Below, piece by piece: positions 24,301 to 36,840 of a stretch of 64,000 bases of DNA. Each line of letters opens with the position of its first letter. The stretch's first letter is position 1. The stretch is taken from the NCBI GenBank assembly GCA_002269645.1, contig NIVC01000267.1:317902-381901 (forward strand). Reading direction: 5' to 3'. The DNA is from Macrostomum lignano. Taxonomy: Eukaryota. The notes under the pieces are model-generated. The model ran no database searches and was not told the DNA's origin. It saw only the letters and a program-made list of their open reading frames with translations. The position numbers and the translations under genes are program-made.

Positions 24301-27081
24301 CGTATTGAATCTGGGAGTTAGGGATTTGAGAGTCGTATTGAATCTGGGAGTTAGGGATTTGAGAGTCGTATTGAATCTGGGATTTAGGGATTTGAGAGTC
24401 GTATTGAATCTGGGATTTGGGGATTTGTGAGTCGTATTGAATCTGGGAGTTAGGGATTTTGGAGTCGTATTGAATCTGGGATTTGTGAGCCATGGTTGGG
24501 GATTTGGGATTCTTATTGAATTTTAATCAACTAGTTTCTCATTTTATTCGAGAGCCTTGGTTCGATTCCACCTTGCCAGGTCATTACGCAGTCGATCAAC
24601 ATTCCTTCGACGATCTAGCAGAGCACGGAGACTTCAAAAGCCGCGTCGGGCGCGGCGCCAACAGGCGGTACAATGGCCACTCGTCTGCGTCACCGGTGCG
24701 TTTGCTACTACAAGTAGCATTTTAGTGTAGGATTATTATTTTTTGTACCTCTGCTAAACTCCCCGCACCGCAGGTTTCCGCGGCCGTGGCTTCAGCCGCG
24801 TCGCCTCCAAGCGTGCGCGGCGGCAGCGAACCCCCGCCGCTGTCGCTGCTGCACCAGCTCAGCCCGGCCGACGCCGTCGACAACTTCGACGCTGAGGTCG
24901 CAGCCGTCAGCCGGAGGCGCCGCAACCATCCGTCGGCGTCGTCAAGATTGGGCGCCGGTGAGCGTCAGGATGGCGCCAACGCCGCCGCAAGCGCCGCTGC
25001 GTTTGACGAGGAGCGGCGCCATCTCCTGCGCGAGCTGCGCGAGGCGCGGGCGGAAGCGTCGCGCGCTGCGGAGCTGCGCCACCAGCTGGAGGCTGCGCAC
25101 GCGGCGTTAAAAGAAGCCGCCGAAGGCGTCGCCTCGGTGCGGCGCGAGCACGCAACGGCGCTGGCCAGGGAGCGCGCCGAGTCTGAACGGCTGCGCGCCA
25201 GGCTGACGGAGGCCCGCGCCGAGACTGACAAGCTGAGGCGCCGGCTGGCCGCGGCAGAGTCGGAGAGAATGTTTCTGCGGAACAGGGAGCGGGGCGTCGG
25301 GTGAGTCGCTTGACTCCTTCACTGTACACCGACAGATCTGAGATCCCCCCTCAGTCCTCTGACAGATCTGAGATCCCCTCTTAATCCACTGACAGATCTG
25401 AGATCCCCTCTTAATCCACTGACGATCTGAGATCCCCTCTTAATCCACTGACAGATCTGAGATCCCCTCTTAATCCACTAACAGATCTGAGATCCCCTCT
25501 TAATCCACTGACAGATCTGAGATCCCCTCTTAATCGACTGACTATCTGGGATCCCCTCTTAATCCACTAACAGATCTGAGATCCCCTCTTAATCCACTGA
25601 CTGATCTGAAATCCCTCTCAGTCCACTGACTGATGAGATCCCCTCTTAATCCACTAACAGATCTGAGATCCCCTCTTAATCCACTGACAGATCTGAGATC
25701 CCCTCTTAATCCACTGACGATCTGAGATCCCCTCTTAATCCACTGACAGATCTGAGATCCCCTCTTAATCCACTGACGATCTGAGATCCCCTCTTAATCG
25801 ACTGACTATCTGGGATCCCCTCTTAATCCACTGACAGATCTGAAATCCCTCTCAGTCCACTGACAGATGAGATCCCCTCCTAATCCACTGACCGATTTGA
25901 GATCCCCTCTTAATCCACTGACTATCTGAGATCCCTCTCTAACCCCGCTGCTCCCAGGTCTCACTCCCTATCCGGTGACTGGAGCGAAGAGCAGGCTCCT
26001 GAGCAGTCCCGCTTCTCCGCCGGTCTGGACTCCGTTCTGGGCAGCGACGGCCGCCGCAGTCCAACGGAGGCGCTTCGCCAGTCTCTGGCCGATCTGGAAC
26101 GGCGTCAGCTGATTGACAGCCTGCCGCAGGCGAGAGACAGCATGGGCGGTGGCGGCGGTGGCGGTGGCGGTGCCCCAGCCTGGGACAGGGACGCCCAGCT
26201 GGCCGAGATTCGAACCCTGGAGCAGCGCTACGATCAGCTGCAGTTGGAGAAGCGACGGGTAGAGACGGCGCTCAATCACGTGCCGAGCGTCGGGTCGGCC
26301 AAGTACGGCCGGCAGAGTCGTGAGGACAAGGTGAGTAGGTCACTGCTGTTCTGAAATGGGCCGTTTTAACTGCTGAGTAAAGGCTGTTTCTATACAAAAA
26401 TGCGTCTATTCACAAGGTGTCTGAGGACTCAACGGGTTCGCAGCGCTGCCGCCGTAGCAGCAAAAGCAGCAACAGCAAGAAACATCGAAGCAATCAGAAT
26501 CAGCTAAAGACTGTTAAAACTAGAGGCAGTACTGCAAAAAAGAAATCTGCCTACTTTAACCAGTAGTTAGTTGCTTTAAGAGTATTTAGACTATGTATTT
26601 AAGCTATAGTCGCTTTTAGTACCAATTATTATAATCATGTAGGAATGCAGTGTCAGCCTGGCATAATGCGTAAATTCCAGAGTGTCAGCTTGGTGTCAGG
26701 CATAGATTCCGGGGTGTCAGATAGCTTGGTGTCAGGCATAGATTCCGGGGTGTCAGATAGCTTGGTGTCAGGCATAGATTCCGGGGTGTCAGATAGCTTG
26801 GTGTCAGGCATAGATTCCGGGGTGTCAGATAGCTTGGTGTCAGGCGTAGATTCCGGGGTCAGGTTAGAATCATGCGTTGTTTCCAGAGTGTCATTACCTG
26901 CCTCTTAGTTTGCTTGTTTCGCCAGCTACTCGCATATATTACTCACAGTAGCAAATGCTAATCCTAAGCACTGAATTTTTCGCAGGAACGGCTGGAGAAA
27001 CGATTGGACAGTATTGACAGGGAGCTGGGCTCTCTGCGCATCACGCTGCGTCAGTATCATGTGATCAGGTCCACCTGCTGA
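21374..27081 (+). CDS. MPHOSPH9: MPHOSPH9/MPP9-like centriolar coiled-coil protein, ~755 aa; exons 21374-21817, 22062-22145, 22246-22353, 23050-23569, 24580-24695, 24774-25300, 25958-26330, 26986-27081
   Basis: Seven GT-AG introns with consistent phases (0,0,0,1,0,2,0) give a 2268-nt open frame. C-terminus EKRRVETALNHVPS...RLEKRLDSIDRELGSLRITLRQYHVIRST matches recalled human MPHOSPH9 EKKQIEAALSRMPS...LEDRLERINRELGSVRMTLKKFHVLRTS. N-terminus acidic and low-complexity; start uncertain. Confidence 0.72.
21855..22050. repeat. Degenerate ~35-bp minisatellite filling intron 1 of the MPHOSPH9-like gene
   Basis: GCATGACCCAA.CCTGACAC.CTAGAATCTATCT repeated about 5 times. Confidence 0.85.
22427..23040. 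repeat. 30-bp minisatellite (GAGCCTACTGCACACCCACTCTGACCCAAA), ~20 copies, intron 3
   Basis: Highly homogeneous tandem units running up to the acceptor at 23049. Confidence 0.97.
23600..24500. repeat. 33-bp minisatellite (GAGTCGTATTGAATCTGGGATTTAGGGATTTGA), ~26 copies, intron 4
   Basis: Direct tandem units starting ~30 bp after the donor. Confidence 0.97.
25328..25940. repeat. ~30-bp minisatellite (GACAGATCTGAGATCCCCTCTTAATCCACT), ~20 copies, intron 6
   Basis: Direct tandem units spanning almost the whole intron. Confidence 0.95.
26684..26862. repeat. 36-bp minisatellite (AGCTTGGTGTCAGGCATAGATTCCGGGGTGTCAGAT), 5 copies, intron 7
   Basis: Near-perfect tandem copies. Confidence 0.93.
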
Positions 27082-27709
27082 CCCCAGATGACCCCGTTGA
27101 CCTTGATTTATTAATCGAATTATTCGTAGGATAATTGGCTTAATTTGCTAATCGCTGTTTCTCCTGACACTTCCAGCTCATTAGCAGCTGCCTTAAACAT
27201 TTCTCCTCTCTAATTTCCACGAAAATAATGCTCGAATTATACTACTACTACTGGCTAGTAAGTAGTTTTCACGTTCAGCAGCTTATTTTTTAATTAATTA
27301 GCAAAACTTTTATAAAGTATACTTTTCATAGTTAATATTTTTGTAATTTTTTGCATAATGCGGCCAAAGCTTCTGCTTATATTCTTTATGCTTAAGCCTA
27401 ATCCGTGCCCCGGGTCTGACCAACCCCCAGCCTTGGGTTTTTGAGATGCGTTCTCGATTGTTTCCGTCATTCGCACTTTTTTCTTCTGTGTGAATTATTA
27501 TCGCGCTAAGCATTGTAACAGATCAGCGTACTGCATCCATTGTTTCCCACTTAATTCAATTATTAAAACCGAGTTCCGTCTGGCAAAGTTTTTTTTCTTT
27601 GTTTGTAAACTTTGTTTGTTTGCTTCAGTAATTTCTATTTTATTATTTTTATGAAAAATTACATGAGCTAGGCTATAGACAGGAGAGTTCTGAGCTAAGC
27701 TCAGTGTCT

Positions 27710-27990
27710 CTAATCCCAATTCAATTTCCCTAATCCCAATTCATTATCCGTAATCCCAATTCATAATCCGTAATCCAAATTCATTATCCCTAATCCCAAT
27801 TCAGTGTCCTTTATCCCAATCCCAATTCAGTGTCCCTAATCCCAATTCAGTGTCCCTAACCCCAATTCATTATCCGTAATCCCAATTCATTATCCCTAAT
27901 CCCAATTCATGATCCCCAACCCCAATTAATTATCCCTAATCCCAATTCATTATCTCTAATCCCAATTCAGTGTCCGTAATCCCAATCCAA
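27710..27990. repeat. ~20-bp minisatellite (TAATCCCAATTCATTATCCC) upstream of the next gene
   Basis: About 14 tandem units ending ~20 bp before an acceptor-like CACAG at 28012. Confidence 0.9.
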
Positions 27991-28134
27991 AAAGCTCTAT
28001 TCGCACTCACAGCCAGAGACCCCGACTTGGACAGCCAGCACATCACTGGGAAAAGGAATTTCAGTAGCTTACTATCTGCACCGCCGCAGTTCCAGATCAG
28101 CTCCGGCTTCACCCACCCAGCCGCCTCGTCGGCC

Positions 28135-28875
28135 ATGGAGCCGCCCGGCCAGGCCGCCACCATCTACGGCTGCTGCCGGAAGCGCCACGGCAGCCTGGAC
28201 GGCGAGTCGGCCGCCCCGGCCACGAAGCTCTTCCTCACCGAGGAGGCCGTGGCCGCCAATCTCGGCCAGCTGTCCTTGGAGGCCGCGGCCAGGCTGACGG
28301 ACGAGTCCGCGGCCGCTGCTCCTGCCGAGCAGCTGGCGACTGACGAGCAGCAGCAGCAGCAGCTTCGGCTGACTGTCTCCAGCCCGGAGGTTGCCCGCCT
28401 CATCGATCTGCAGGCGTCGTCGGCTGCTACTGCCTCGGCCGCGCCCACCACCGCTGCTGCTTCTCTGCTGCCGACTTCGTCAGCGGCTGCTCTGCCACCG
28501 GCCATCGCTGAGCGGGTGGCAGCTGCCAGCCGCCTGCTGTGCGAGCAGCCGCCGCCCCCGCCCGCTCCGCCTGGCGGCAACGACTGTCGCCAGCTGGTGC
28601 TGTGGCAGCCGCCGCCGCAGCTGTCGACGCTGCCGCCAGCTGGTGAGGACGCGCGCGACATCCTTAAAGCTGTCCGGCGGGACAAACGGCAGCAGCAGCG
28701 AGGCAAGCAGGAGCAGCAAGCCAGCTTTGCCCTGCAGCCCGAGCTTCAGCTGCAAACCATGGAGGCTGAGGAAGCCGGCGCCGCTGATGCCGCGGCCGTC
28801 ACCTCCGACATTGACCTGCTGGATGCCGATGCAAATAGCGGCTTCGACACCGATGCGGACATGATGGACCTCTGA
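28135..28875 (+). CDS. Low-complexity protein with HCFC1R1(HPIP)/CCDC117-like motifs, ~246 aa; frame is open from 27970
   Basis: GC-rich ORF with good start context (GCCATGG at 28135). RKRH basic cluster, KLFLTEEAVAANLGQLSL (cf. recalled HPIP KQFLSEENMATHFSQLSL), QLVLWQP (cf. ELLLWRYP and ELVLWKP) and terminal DMMDL (cf. DIMEL, EMEL). An upstream exon via the 28012 acceptor is possible. Confidence 0.7.
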   Translation: MEPPGQAATIYGCCRKRHGSLDGESAAPATKLFLTEEAVAANLGQLSLEAAARLTDESAAAAPAEQLATDEQQQQQLRLTVSSPEVARLIDLQASSAATASAAPTTAAASLLPTSSAAALPPAIAERVAAASRLLCEQPPPPPAPPGGNDCRQLVLWQPPPQLSTLPPAGEDARDILKAVRRDKRQQQRGKQEQQASFALQPELQLQTMEAEEAGAADAAAVTSDIDLLDADANSGFDTDADMMDL

Positions 28876-28919
28876 TTATTACTGACTGACTCAGCTGAGC
28901 TCTGAGACTCCCAGTGCGG

Positions 28920-28927
28920 TCTGTGCC

Positions 28928-28960
<33 letters not shown>

Positions 28961-28984
28961 TAGTGTCTGTCTGTCTTAGTGTCT

Positions 28985-29039
<55 letters not shown>

Positions 29040-29389
29040 GCCTGCCTGCCTGTCTGTCTGTCTGTCTGTTTTAGTGTCTGTCTGTCTTAGTGTCTTCTGT
29101 CTGTCTGCCTGTCTGTCTGCCTGCCTGTCTGTCTGTCTGCCTGCCTGCCTGTCTGTCTGTCTGTCTTAGTGTCTGTCTGTCTTAGTGTCTTCTGTCTGTC
29201 TGTCTGCCTGTCTGTCTGTCTGCCTGTCTGTCTGTCTGTCTGCCTGCCTGTCTGTCTGTCTGTCTATCTTAGTGTCTGTCTGTCTATCTGTCTGTCTGTC
29301 TGTCTGTCAGTCAGTCTGTCTGTCTGTCTATCTTAGTGTCTGTCTTAGTGTCTGTCTGTCTGTCTATCTGTCTGTCTGTCTGTCAGTCA

Positions 29390-29445
<56 letters not shown>

Positions 29446-29469
29446 GTCTGTCTGTCTGTCTGTCAGTCA

Positions 29470-29521
<52 letters not shown>

Positions 29522-29552
29522 TAGTGTCTGTCTGTCTGTCTGTCTGTCTGTC
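28920..29552. repeat. (TCTG)n microsatellite with TTAGTG and TGCC interruptions, in the putative 3-prime UTR
   Basis: Direct tetranucleotide repeat over ~630 bp. Confidence 0.97.
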
Positions 29553-30954
29553 CCCAATCAGCCTGCTCTCTCTGCCCGCTCCGTCTCTTTCAGTACAGCC
29601 CGCCCCGCAGCGGCCAGTATAAATGCACTTTAGCTGATTGTTTAAAGCGTGAAAGCTCCCCTTGAATTCTTGTGCCCAGCCTCTCAATTTCTAATCATAA
29701 AGCTTCCAGTTTTATCAGTTGTACAATGGAACTGGTAATTATTAACTGAATATTGCAGGCATCTGTTTATCATAAATAGTTTCGGCGCTGACTCCAGCGT
29801 CTCTTAGTTCTTAAATTAATGAATACTAATTAGTTTATTCTGCTTGCGGTTTGTAAATATATATACTACTCGAATATTAAACAGCCATTAGTAGCATGAA
29901 TGTGCAATGTGCAATCATTTAAATTTGCTGCTGTGTCACAGCATTGCGTATTCTGCCATCCATGAGCTCATAACCTGTGCGCATCATATTGTGCTTGAGG
30001 CAGAACTGCACATATACTCAGTATAATAAATCTGAAACACAAACTGCCAATGCAGTGTCTGTCAAAAGTAAGAATTATTCCAAGGAAAAATGTCTGTATT
30101 TTTTTTGTTTTGACGCAAAATAGTTTCCGGCATTCGGATGGCCGGCCCAGGAGGTCACGCGGGGTCACCAGCTGCTCGAATCACGCGACTCTCCGGATGG
30201 GGGAGGCAGCAGGCCAATTAGACTCAAATTTTGCTGCCGTCTGAGCAGGGCAGCAGGGGACTTGAACCATCAGGATTGACTGTTTGGGATAATCTTTTAG
30301 CCATTTCCTGCCTGCCACCTGCTCTGCTCCTGCGAGTCCCCTGACTGGGATTGGGAAGCCGCCTCCCCCCTGAATTCCCATCGATTTCAGACCTCCCCCT
30401 CTCTTAAAGTATTTTTTTTGCTTCTCACGTGCTCCGTCTCTCTCTCGAGCTCCGCCTTCTCTTTAGCTGCAGGCCGGGAAGTCCTGCGGCTTCCCGAGCT
30501 TCCTGTAGCTTTCAGCCTTCCTTTGTTTTGAACTGTTTTGTGGCAAGTCTTTGTCCAGAAATACTCGTATCGGGAGATCGAGCTAAAAAATAAAATCCTT
30601 CAAGTTTGGCTAAAGGATTGAAGTATTCTGGCTCTTCTCCCGGCATGCCGTAGGGATTGCATGAGTACAGTCCCCCTGACACATTGTGCAATGTGGCTGG
30701 ACAAATGTTCTTATTCTTAATGGGAGATTAGGGTTAGGCAGTTTGCCCTGGCATGCATTGAATGCGTGAGGGAGACGGAGAATGCCGGCAGACTGGAAAG
30801 GAGGTGAAAGTCCGGGGCAAGGGCGATGGGCTAGAAAGATTTAGCTGAGGAGTTTAGGGACATTTTATAGATATGGGAAAGCTCTCAAAAACAGGGCAAG
30901 TAGGAAAGTGACAGTGAAGGTGTGAGCTCACAGACTGGTAAAAGGGGAGTTGAG

Positions 30955-31545
30955 AGATAGACAAGAAGGTACCTGACAGAAAGACAAGAAGGTACCTGAC
31001 AGAAAGTCAAGAAGGTACCTGACAGAAAGACAAGAAGGTACCTGACAGAAAGACAAGAAGGTACCTGACAGAAAGGAAAAAAAGTGACCTGACAGAAAGG
31101 AAAAAAAGTGACCTGACAGAAAGGAAAAGAAGGTACCTGACAGAAAGGAAAAGAAGGTACCTGACAGAAAGGAAAAAAAGGTACTTGACAGAAAGGCAAG
31201 AAGGGACCTGACAGAAAGAAAAGAAGGTACCTGACAGAATGGAAAAGAAGGTACCTGACAGAAAGGAAAAGAAGTGACCTGATAGTAAGTAAAAAAGGTA
31301 CCTGACAGAAAGGAAAAGAAGTGACCTGACAGACAATAAAAGAAGGTACCTGACAAAAAGGAAAAGAAGGTACCTGACAGACAATATAAGAAGGTACCTG
31401 ACAGAAAGGAAAAGAAGTGACCTCACAGAAAGGAAAAGAAGGTACCTGACAGAAAGGCAAGAAGGGACCTGACAGAAAGGAAAAGAAGGTACCTGACAGA
31501 AGGGCAAGAAGGGACCTGACGGAAAGGAAAAGAAGGCCCTTGACA
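30955..31545. repeat. 23-24-bp minisatellite (AAGAAGGTACCTGACAGAAAGGAA)
   Basis: About 25 tandem units. Confidence 0.93.
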
Positions 31546-32134
31546 AACAGGGAGCAAGGAGCTCACACACTGGAAGAATTTCCGCATACAAATCAGCTTG
31601 CGCGTGAGAGATCCCAGCAGTGTTTTGAGATCCCAGCGCAAGGCAAAATAAGGGAAATAAAGAATGACGGACTAAGAGAATCGGCCAGATCAATATGTTG
31701 CAGTCCGGGGCATCGGAATGGGGAAGGAGAAAAACGGGAAACGAGAGAGAGGAGAGGGAGGGAGACGGACTCGCCACCTGCATTCGTGTCTGACTTTTTT
31801 GCTCAGCATCCTATACAGGGATTACACAAAGCCAGTGCATTAGCCGTAGTCATAAAGAAAATTGAAACGCGAGACAGAGGAGAGGAAGATTGTGGACGGA
31901 GGGAAGCACAAAGGTGTATGTATGGCTTATTTTGCAACCACAATATGCAGCTGCTTGCCATTGCGGCAACAAACAGATTTTGCAGATTGTCGCGCAGGCT
32001 CCGCCTCTGCCTCTTTCGCTTTGTCGAGCAGAACGGGTGCGCCGAAGGCTTCGCGACTGACTTGCTAATATTGCGGCTACCGGCCCTGCTGAGTGTCTGC
32101 CTTGCCTGTCCCTCCCTGTCTCTCCGGTATCCCA

Positions 32135-35100
32135 GTGTCTCTATCCAGTGTCTCATATTGTCCCTGATCCCAGTGTCTCATTTTGTCCCTGATCCCAGTG
32201 TCTCATATTGTCCCTGATCCCAGTGTCTCATATTGTCCCTGATCCCAGTATCTCATATTGTCCCTGATCCCAGTATCTCATATTGTTCCTGATCCCAGTG
32301 TCTCATATTGTCCCTGATCCCAGTATCTCATTTTGTCCCTGATCCCAGCGTCTCATATTGTCCCTGATCCCAGTATCTCATATTGTCCCTGATCCCAGTA
32401 TCTCATATTGTTCCTGATCCCAGTGTCTCATATTGTCCCTGATCCCAGTGTCTCATATTGTCACTGATCCCAGTGTCTCATATTGTCCCTGATCCCAGTG
32501 TCTCATATTGTTCCTGATCCCAGTGTCTCATATTGTCCCTGATCCCAGTGTCTCATATTGTCCCTGATCCCAGTGTCTCATATTGTCCCTGATCCTAGTG
32601 TCTCATATTGTCCCTGATCCCAGCGTCTCATATTGTCCCTGATCCCAGTGTCTCATATTGTCCCTGATCCCAGTATCTCATATTGTCCCTGATCCCAGCG
32701 TCTCATATTGTCCCTGATCCCAGTGTCTCATATTGTCCCTGATCCCAGTGTCTCATATTGTCCTTGATCCCAGTGTCTCATATTGTCCCTGATCCCAGTG
32801 TCTCATACTGTCCCTGATCCCAGTGTCTCATGTTGTCCCTGATCCCAGTGTCTCATATTGTCCCTGATCCCAGTATCTTATATTGTCCCTGATCCCAAAT
32901 CTTGTATTGTCCCTGATCCCAGTATCTCATATTGTTCCTGATCCCAGTGTCTCATATTGTCCCTGATCCCAGTATCTCATTTTGTCCCTGATCCCAGCGT
33001 CTCATATTGTCCCTGATCCCAGTATCTCATATTGTCCCTGATCCCAGTATCTCATATTGTTCCTGATCCCAGTGTCTCATATTGTCCCTGATCCCAGTGT
33101 CTCATATTGTCACTGATCCCAGTGTCTCATATTGTCCCTGATCCCAGTGTCTCATATTGTTCCTGATCCCAGTGTCTCATATTGTCCCTGATCCCAGTGT
33201 CTCATATTGTCCCTGATCCCAGTGTCTCATATTGTCCCTGATCCTAGTGTCTCATATTGTCCCTGATCCCAGCGTCTCATATTGTCCCTGATCCCAGTGT
33301 CTCATATTGTCCCTGATCCCAGTATCTCATATTGTCCCTGATCCCAGCGTCTCATATTGTCCCTGATCCCAGTGTCTCATATTGTCCCTGATCCCAGTGT
33401 CTCATATTGTCCTTGATCCCAGTGTCTCATATTGTCCCTGATCCCAGTGTCTCATACTGTCCCTGATCCCAGTGTCTCATGTTGTCCCTGATCCCAGTGT
33501 CTCATATTGTCCCTGATCCCAGTATCTTATATTGTCCCTGATCCCAAATCTTGTATTGTCCCTGATCCCAGTATCTTATATTGTCCCTGATCCCAAATCT
33601 TATATTGTCCCTGATCCCAGTATCTTATATTGTCCCTGATCCCAGTGTCTCATATTGTCCCTGATCCAGCGTCTCATATTGTCCCTGATCCCAGTGTCTC
33701 ATATTGTCCCTGATCCCAGTGTCTCAAATTGTCCCTGATCCCAGTATCTCATATTGTCCCTGATCCCAGTATCTTATATTGTCCCTGATCCCAAATCTTA
33801 TATTGTCCCTGATCCCAGTGTCTTATATTGTCCCTGATCCCAGTGTCTCATATTGTCCCTGATCCCAGTGTCTCAAATTGTCCCTGATCCCAGTGTCTCA
33901 TATTGTCCCTGATCCCAGTGTCTCATATTGTCCCTGATCCCAGCGTCTCATATTGTCCCTGATCCCAGTGTCTCATATTGTCCCTGATCCCAGCGTCTCA
34001 TATTGTCCCTGATCCCAGTGTCTCATATTGTCCCTGATCCCAGTGTCTCATATTGTCCCTGATCCCAGTGTCTCAAATTGTCCCTGATCCCAGTGTCTCA
34101 AATTGTCCCTGATCCCAGTATCTCATATTGTCCCTGATCCCAGTATCTTATATTGTCCCTGATCCCAAATCTTATATTGTCCCTGATCCCAGTATCTTAT
34201 ATTGTCCCTGATCCCAAATCTTATATTGTCCCTGATCCCAGTGTATCATATTGTCCCTGATCCCAGTGTCTCAAATTGTCCCTGATCCCAGTATCTCATA
34301 TTGTCCCTGATCCAAGTATCTTATATTGTCCCTGATCCCAAATCTTGTATTGTCCCTGATCCCAGTATCTTATATTGTCCCTGATCCAAAATCTAATATT
34401 GTCCCTGATCCCAAATCTTATATTGTCCCTGATCCCAGTGTCTCATATTGTCCCTGATCCCAGCGTCTCATATTGTCCCTGATCCCAGTGTCTCAAATTG
34501 TCCCTGATCCCAGTGTCTCAAATTGTCCCTGATCCCAGTATCTCATATTGTCCCTGATCCCAGTATCTTATATTGTCCCTGATCCCAAATCTTGTATTGT
34601 CCCTGATCCCAGTGTCTCATATTGTCCCTGATCCCAGTGTCTCATATTGTCCCTGATCCCAGTGTCTCATATTGTCCCTGATCCCAGTGTCTCATATTGT
34701 CCCTGATCCCAGCGTCTCATATTGTCCCTGATCCCAGTGTCTCATATTGTCCTTGATCCCAGCGTCTCATACTGTCCCTGATCCCAGTGTCTCATATTGT
34801 CCCTGATCCCAGTGTCTCAAATTGTCCCTGATCCCAGTATCTCATATTGTCCCTGATCCCAGTATCTTATATTGTCCCTGATCCCAAATCTTATATTGTC
34901 CCTGATCCCAGTATCTTACATGTATATTGTCCCTGATCCCAAATCTTATATTGTCCCTGATCCCAGTGTCTCATATTGTCCCTGATCCCAGTATCTCATA
35001 TTGTCCCTGATCCCAGTGTCTCATATTGTCCCTGATCCCAGCGTCTCATATTGTCCGTGATCCCAGTGTCTCATATTGTTCCTGATCCGTGTCTCATATT

Positions 35101-36840
35101 GTCCCTGATCCCAGCGTCTCATATTGTCCCTGATCCCAGTGTCTCATATTGTCCCTGATCCCAGTGTCTCATATTGTCCCTGATCCCAGCGTCTCATATT
35201 GTCCCTGATCCCAGTGTATCATATTGTCCCTGATCCCAGTGTCTCAAATTGTCCCTGATCCCAGTATCTCATATTGTCCCTGATCCCAGTATCTTATATT
35301 GTCCCTGATCCCAAATTTTGTATTGTCCCTGATCCCAGTATCTTATATTGTCCCTGATCCCAAATCTTATATTGTCCCTGATCCCAAATCTTATATTGTC
35401 CCTGATCCAAGTATCTTATATTGTCCCTGATCCCAGTGTCTCATATTGTCCCTGATCCCAGCGTCTCATATTGTCCCTGATCCCAGTGTCTCATATTGTT
35501 CCTGATCCCAGTGTCTAATATTGTTCCTGATCCCAGTGTCTCATATTGTCCCTGATCCCAGTGTCTCATATTGTCCCTGATCCTAGTGTCTCATATTGTC
35601 CCTGATCCCAGTGTCTCAAATTGTCCCTGATCCCAGTATCTCATATTGTCCCTGATCCCAGTATCTTATATTGTCCCTGATCCCAAATCTTATATTTTCC
35701 TGATCCCAGTATCTTATATTGTCCATGATCCCAAATCTTATATTGTCCCTGATCCCAGTGTCTCATATTGTCTCTGATCCCAGTGTCTCATATTGTCTCT
35801 GATCCCAGTGTCTCATATTGTCCCTGATCCCAGTGTCTCTATCCAGTGTCTTATATTCTTATATTGTCCCTGATCCCTGTGTCTCATTTCGCCCCTGATC
35901 CCAGTATCTTATATTGTCCCTGATCCCAGTGTCTCATATTGTCCCTGATCCCAGTATCTTATATTGTTCCTTGATCCCAGTGTCTCTATCCAGTGTCTAT
36001 TGTCCCTGATCCCAGATCTTATATTGTCCCTGATCCAAGTATCTTATATTGTCCCTGATCCAAGTATCTTATATTGTCCCTGATCCAAGTATCTTATATT
36101 GTCCCTGATCCCAGTATCTCTATTCAGTGTCTCATATTGTCCCTGATCCCAGTGTCTCATATTGTCCCTGATCCCAGTGTCTCATATTGTCCCTGATCCC
36201 AGTGTCTCATATTGTCCCTGATCCTAGTGTCTCATATTGTCCCTGATCCCAGCGTCTCATATTGTCCCTGATCCCAGTGTCTCATATTGTCCCTGATCCC
36301 AGTGTCTCATATTCTCCCTGATCCCAGTATCTCATATTGTCCCTGATCCCAGTGTCTCATATTGTCCCTGATCCCAGTGTCTCATATTGTCCCTGATCCC
36401 AGTATCTCATATTGTCCCTGATCCCAGTATCTTATATTGTCCCTGATCCAAGTATCTTATATTGTCCCTGATCCCAGTATCTTATATTGTCCCTGATCCA
36501 AGTATCTTATATTGTCCCTGATCCAAGTATCTTATATTGTCCCTGATCCAAGTATCTCTATCCAGTGTCTTATATTGTCCCTGATCCCAGTGTCTTATAT
36601 TGTCCCTGATCCCAGCGTCTCATATTGTCCCTGATCACAGTGTCTCATTGTCCCTGATCCCAGTGTCTCATATTGTCCCTGATCCCAGTGTCTCATATTG
36701 TCCCTGATCCCAGTGTCTCATATTGTCCCTGATCCCAGTGTCTCATATTGTCCCTGATCCCAGTATCTCATATTGTTCCTGATCCCAGTGTCTCATATTG
36801 TCCCTGATCCCAGCGTCTCATATTGTCCCTGATCCCAGCG
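32135..36840. repeat. 4.7-kb array of a 25-bp unit (TGTCCCTGATCCCAGTGTCTCATAT), ~185 copies
   Basis: Continuous tandem array with patterned variants. Confidence 0.98.

Noticed and set aside
24559-24569. Perfect B-box GGTTCGATTCC just before MPHOSPH9 exon 5
   Set aside because: No convincing A-box or tRNA fold; isolated and overlapping the acceptor region, so probably chance.
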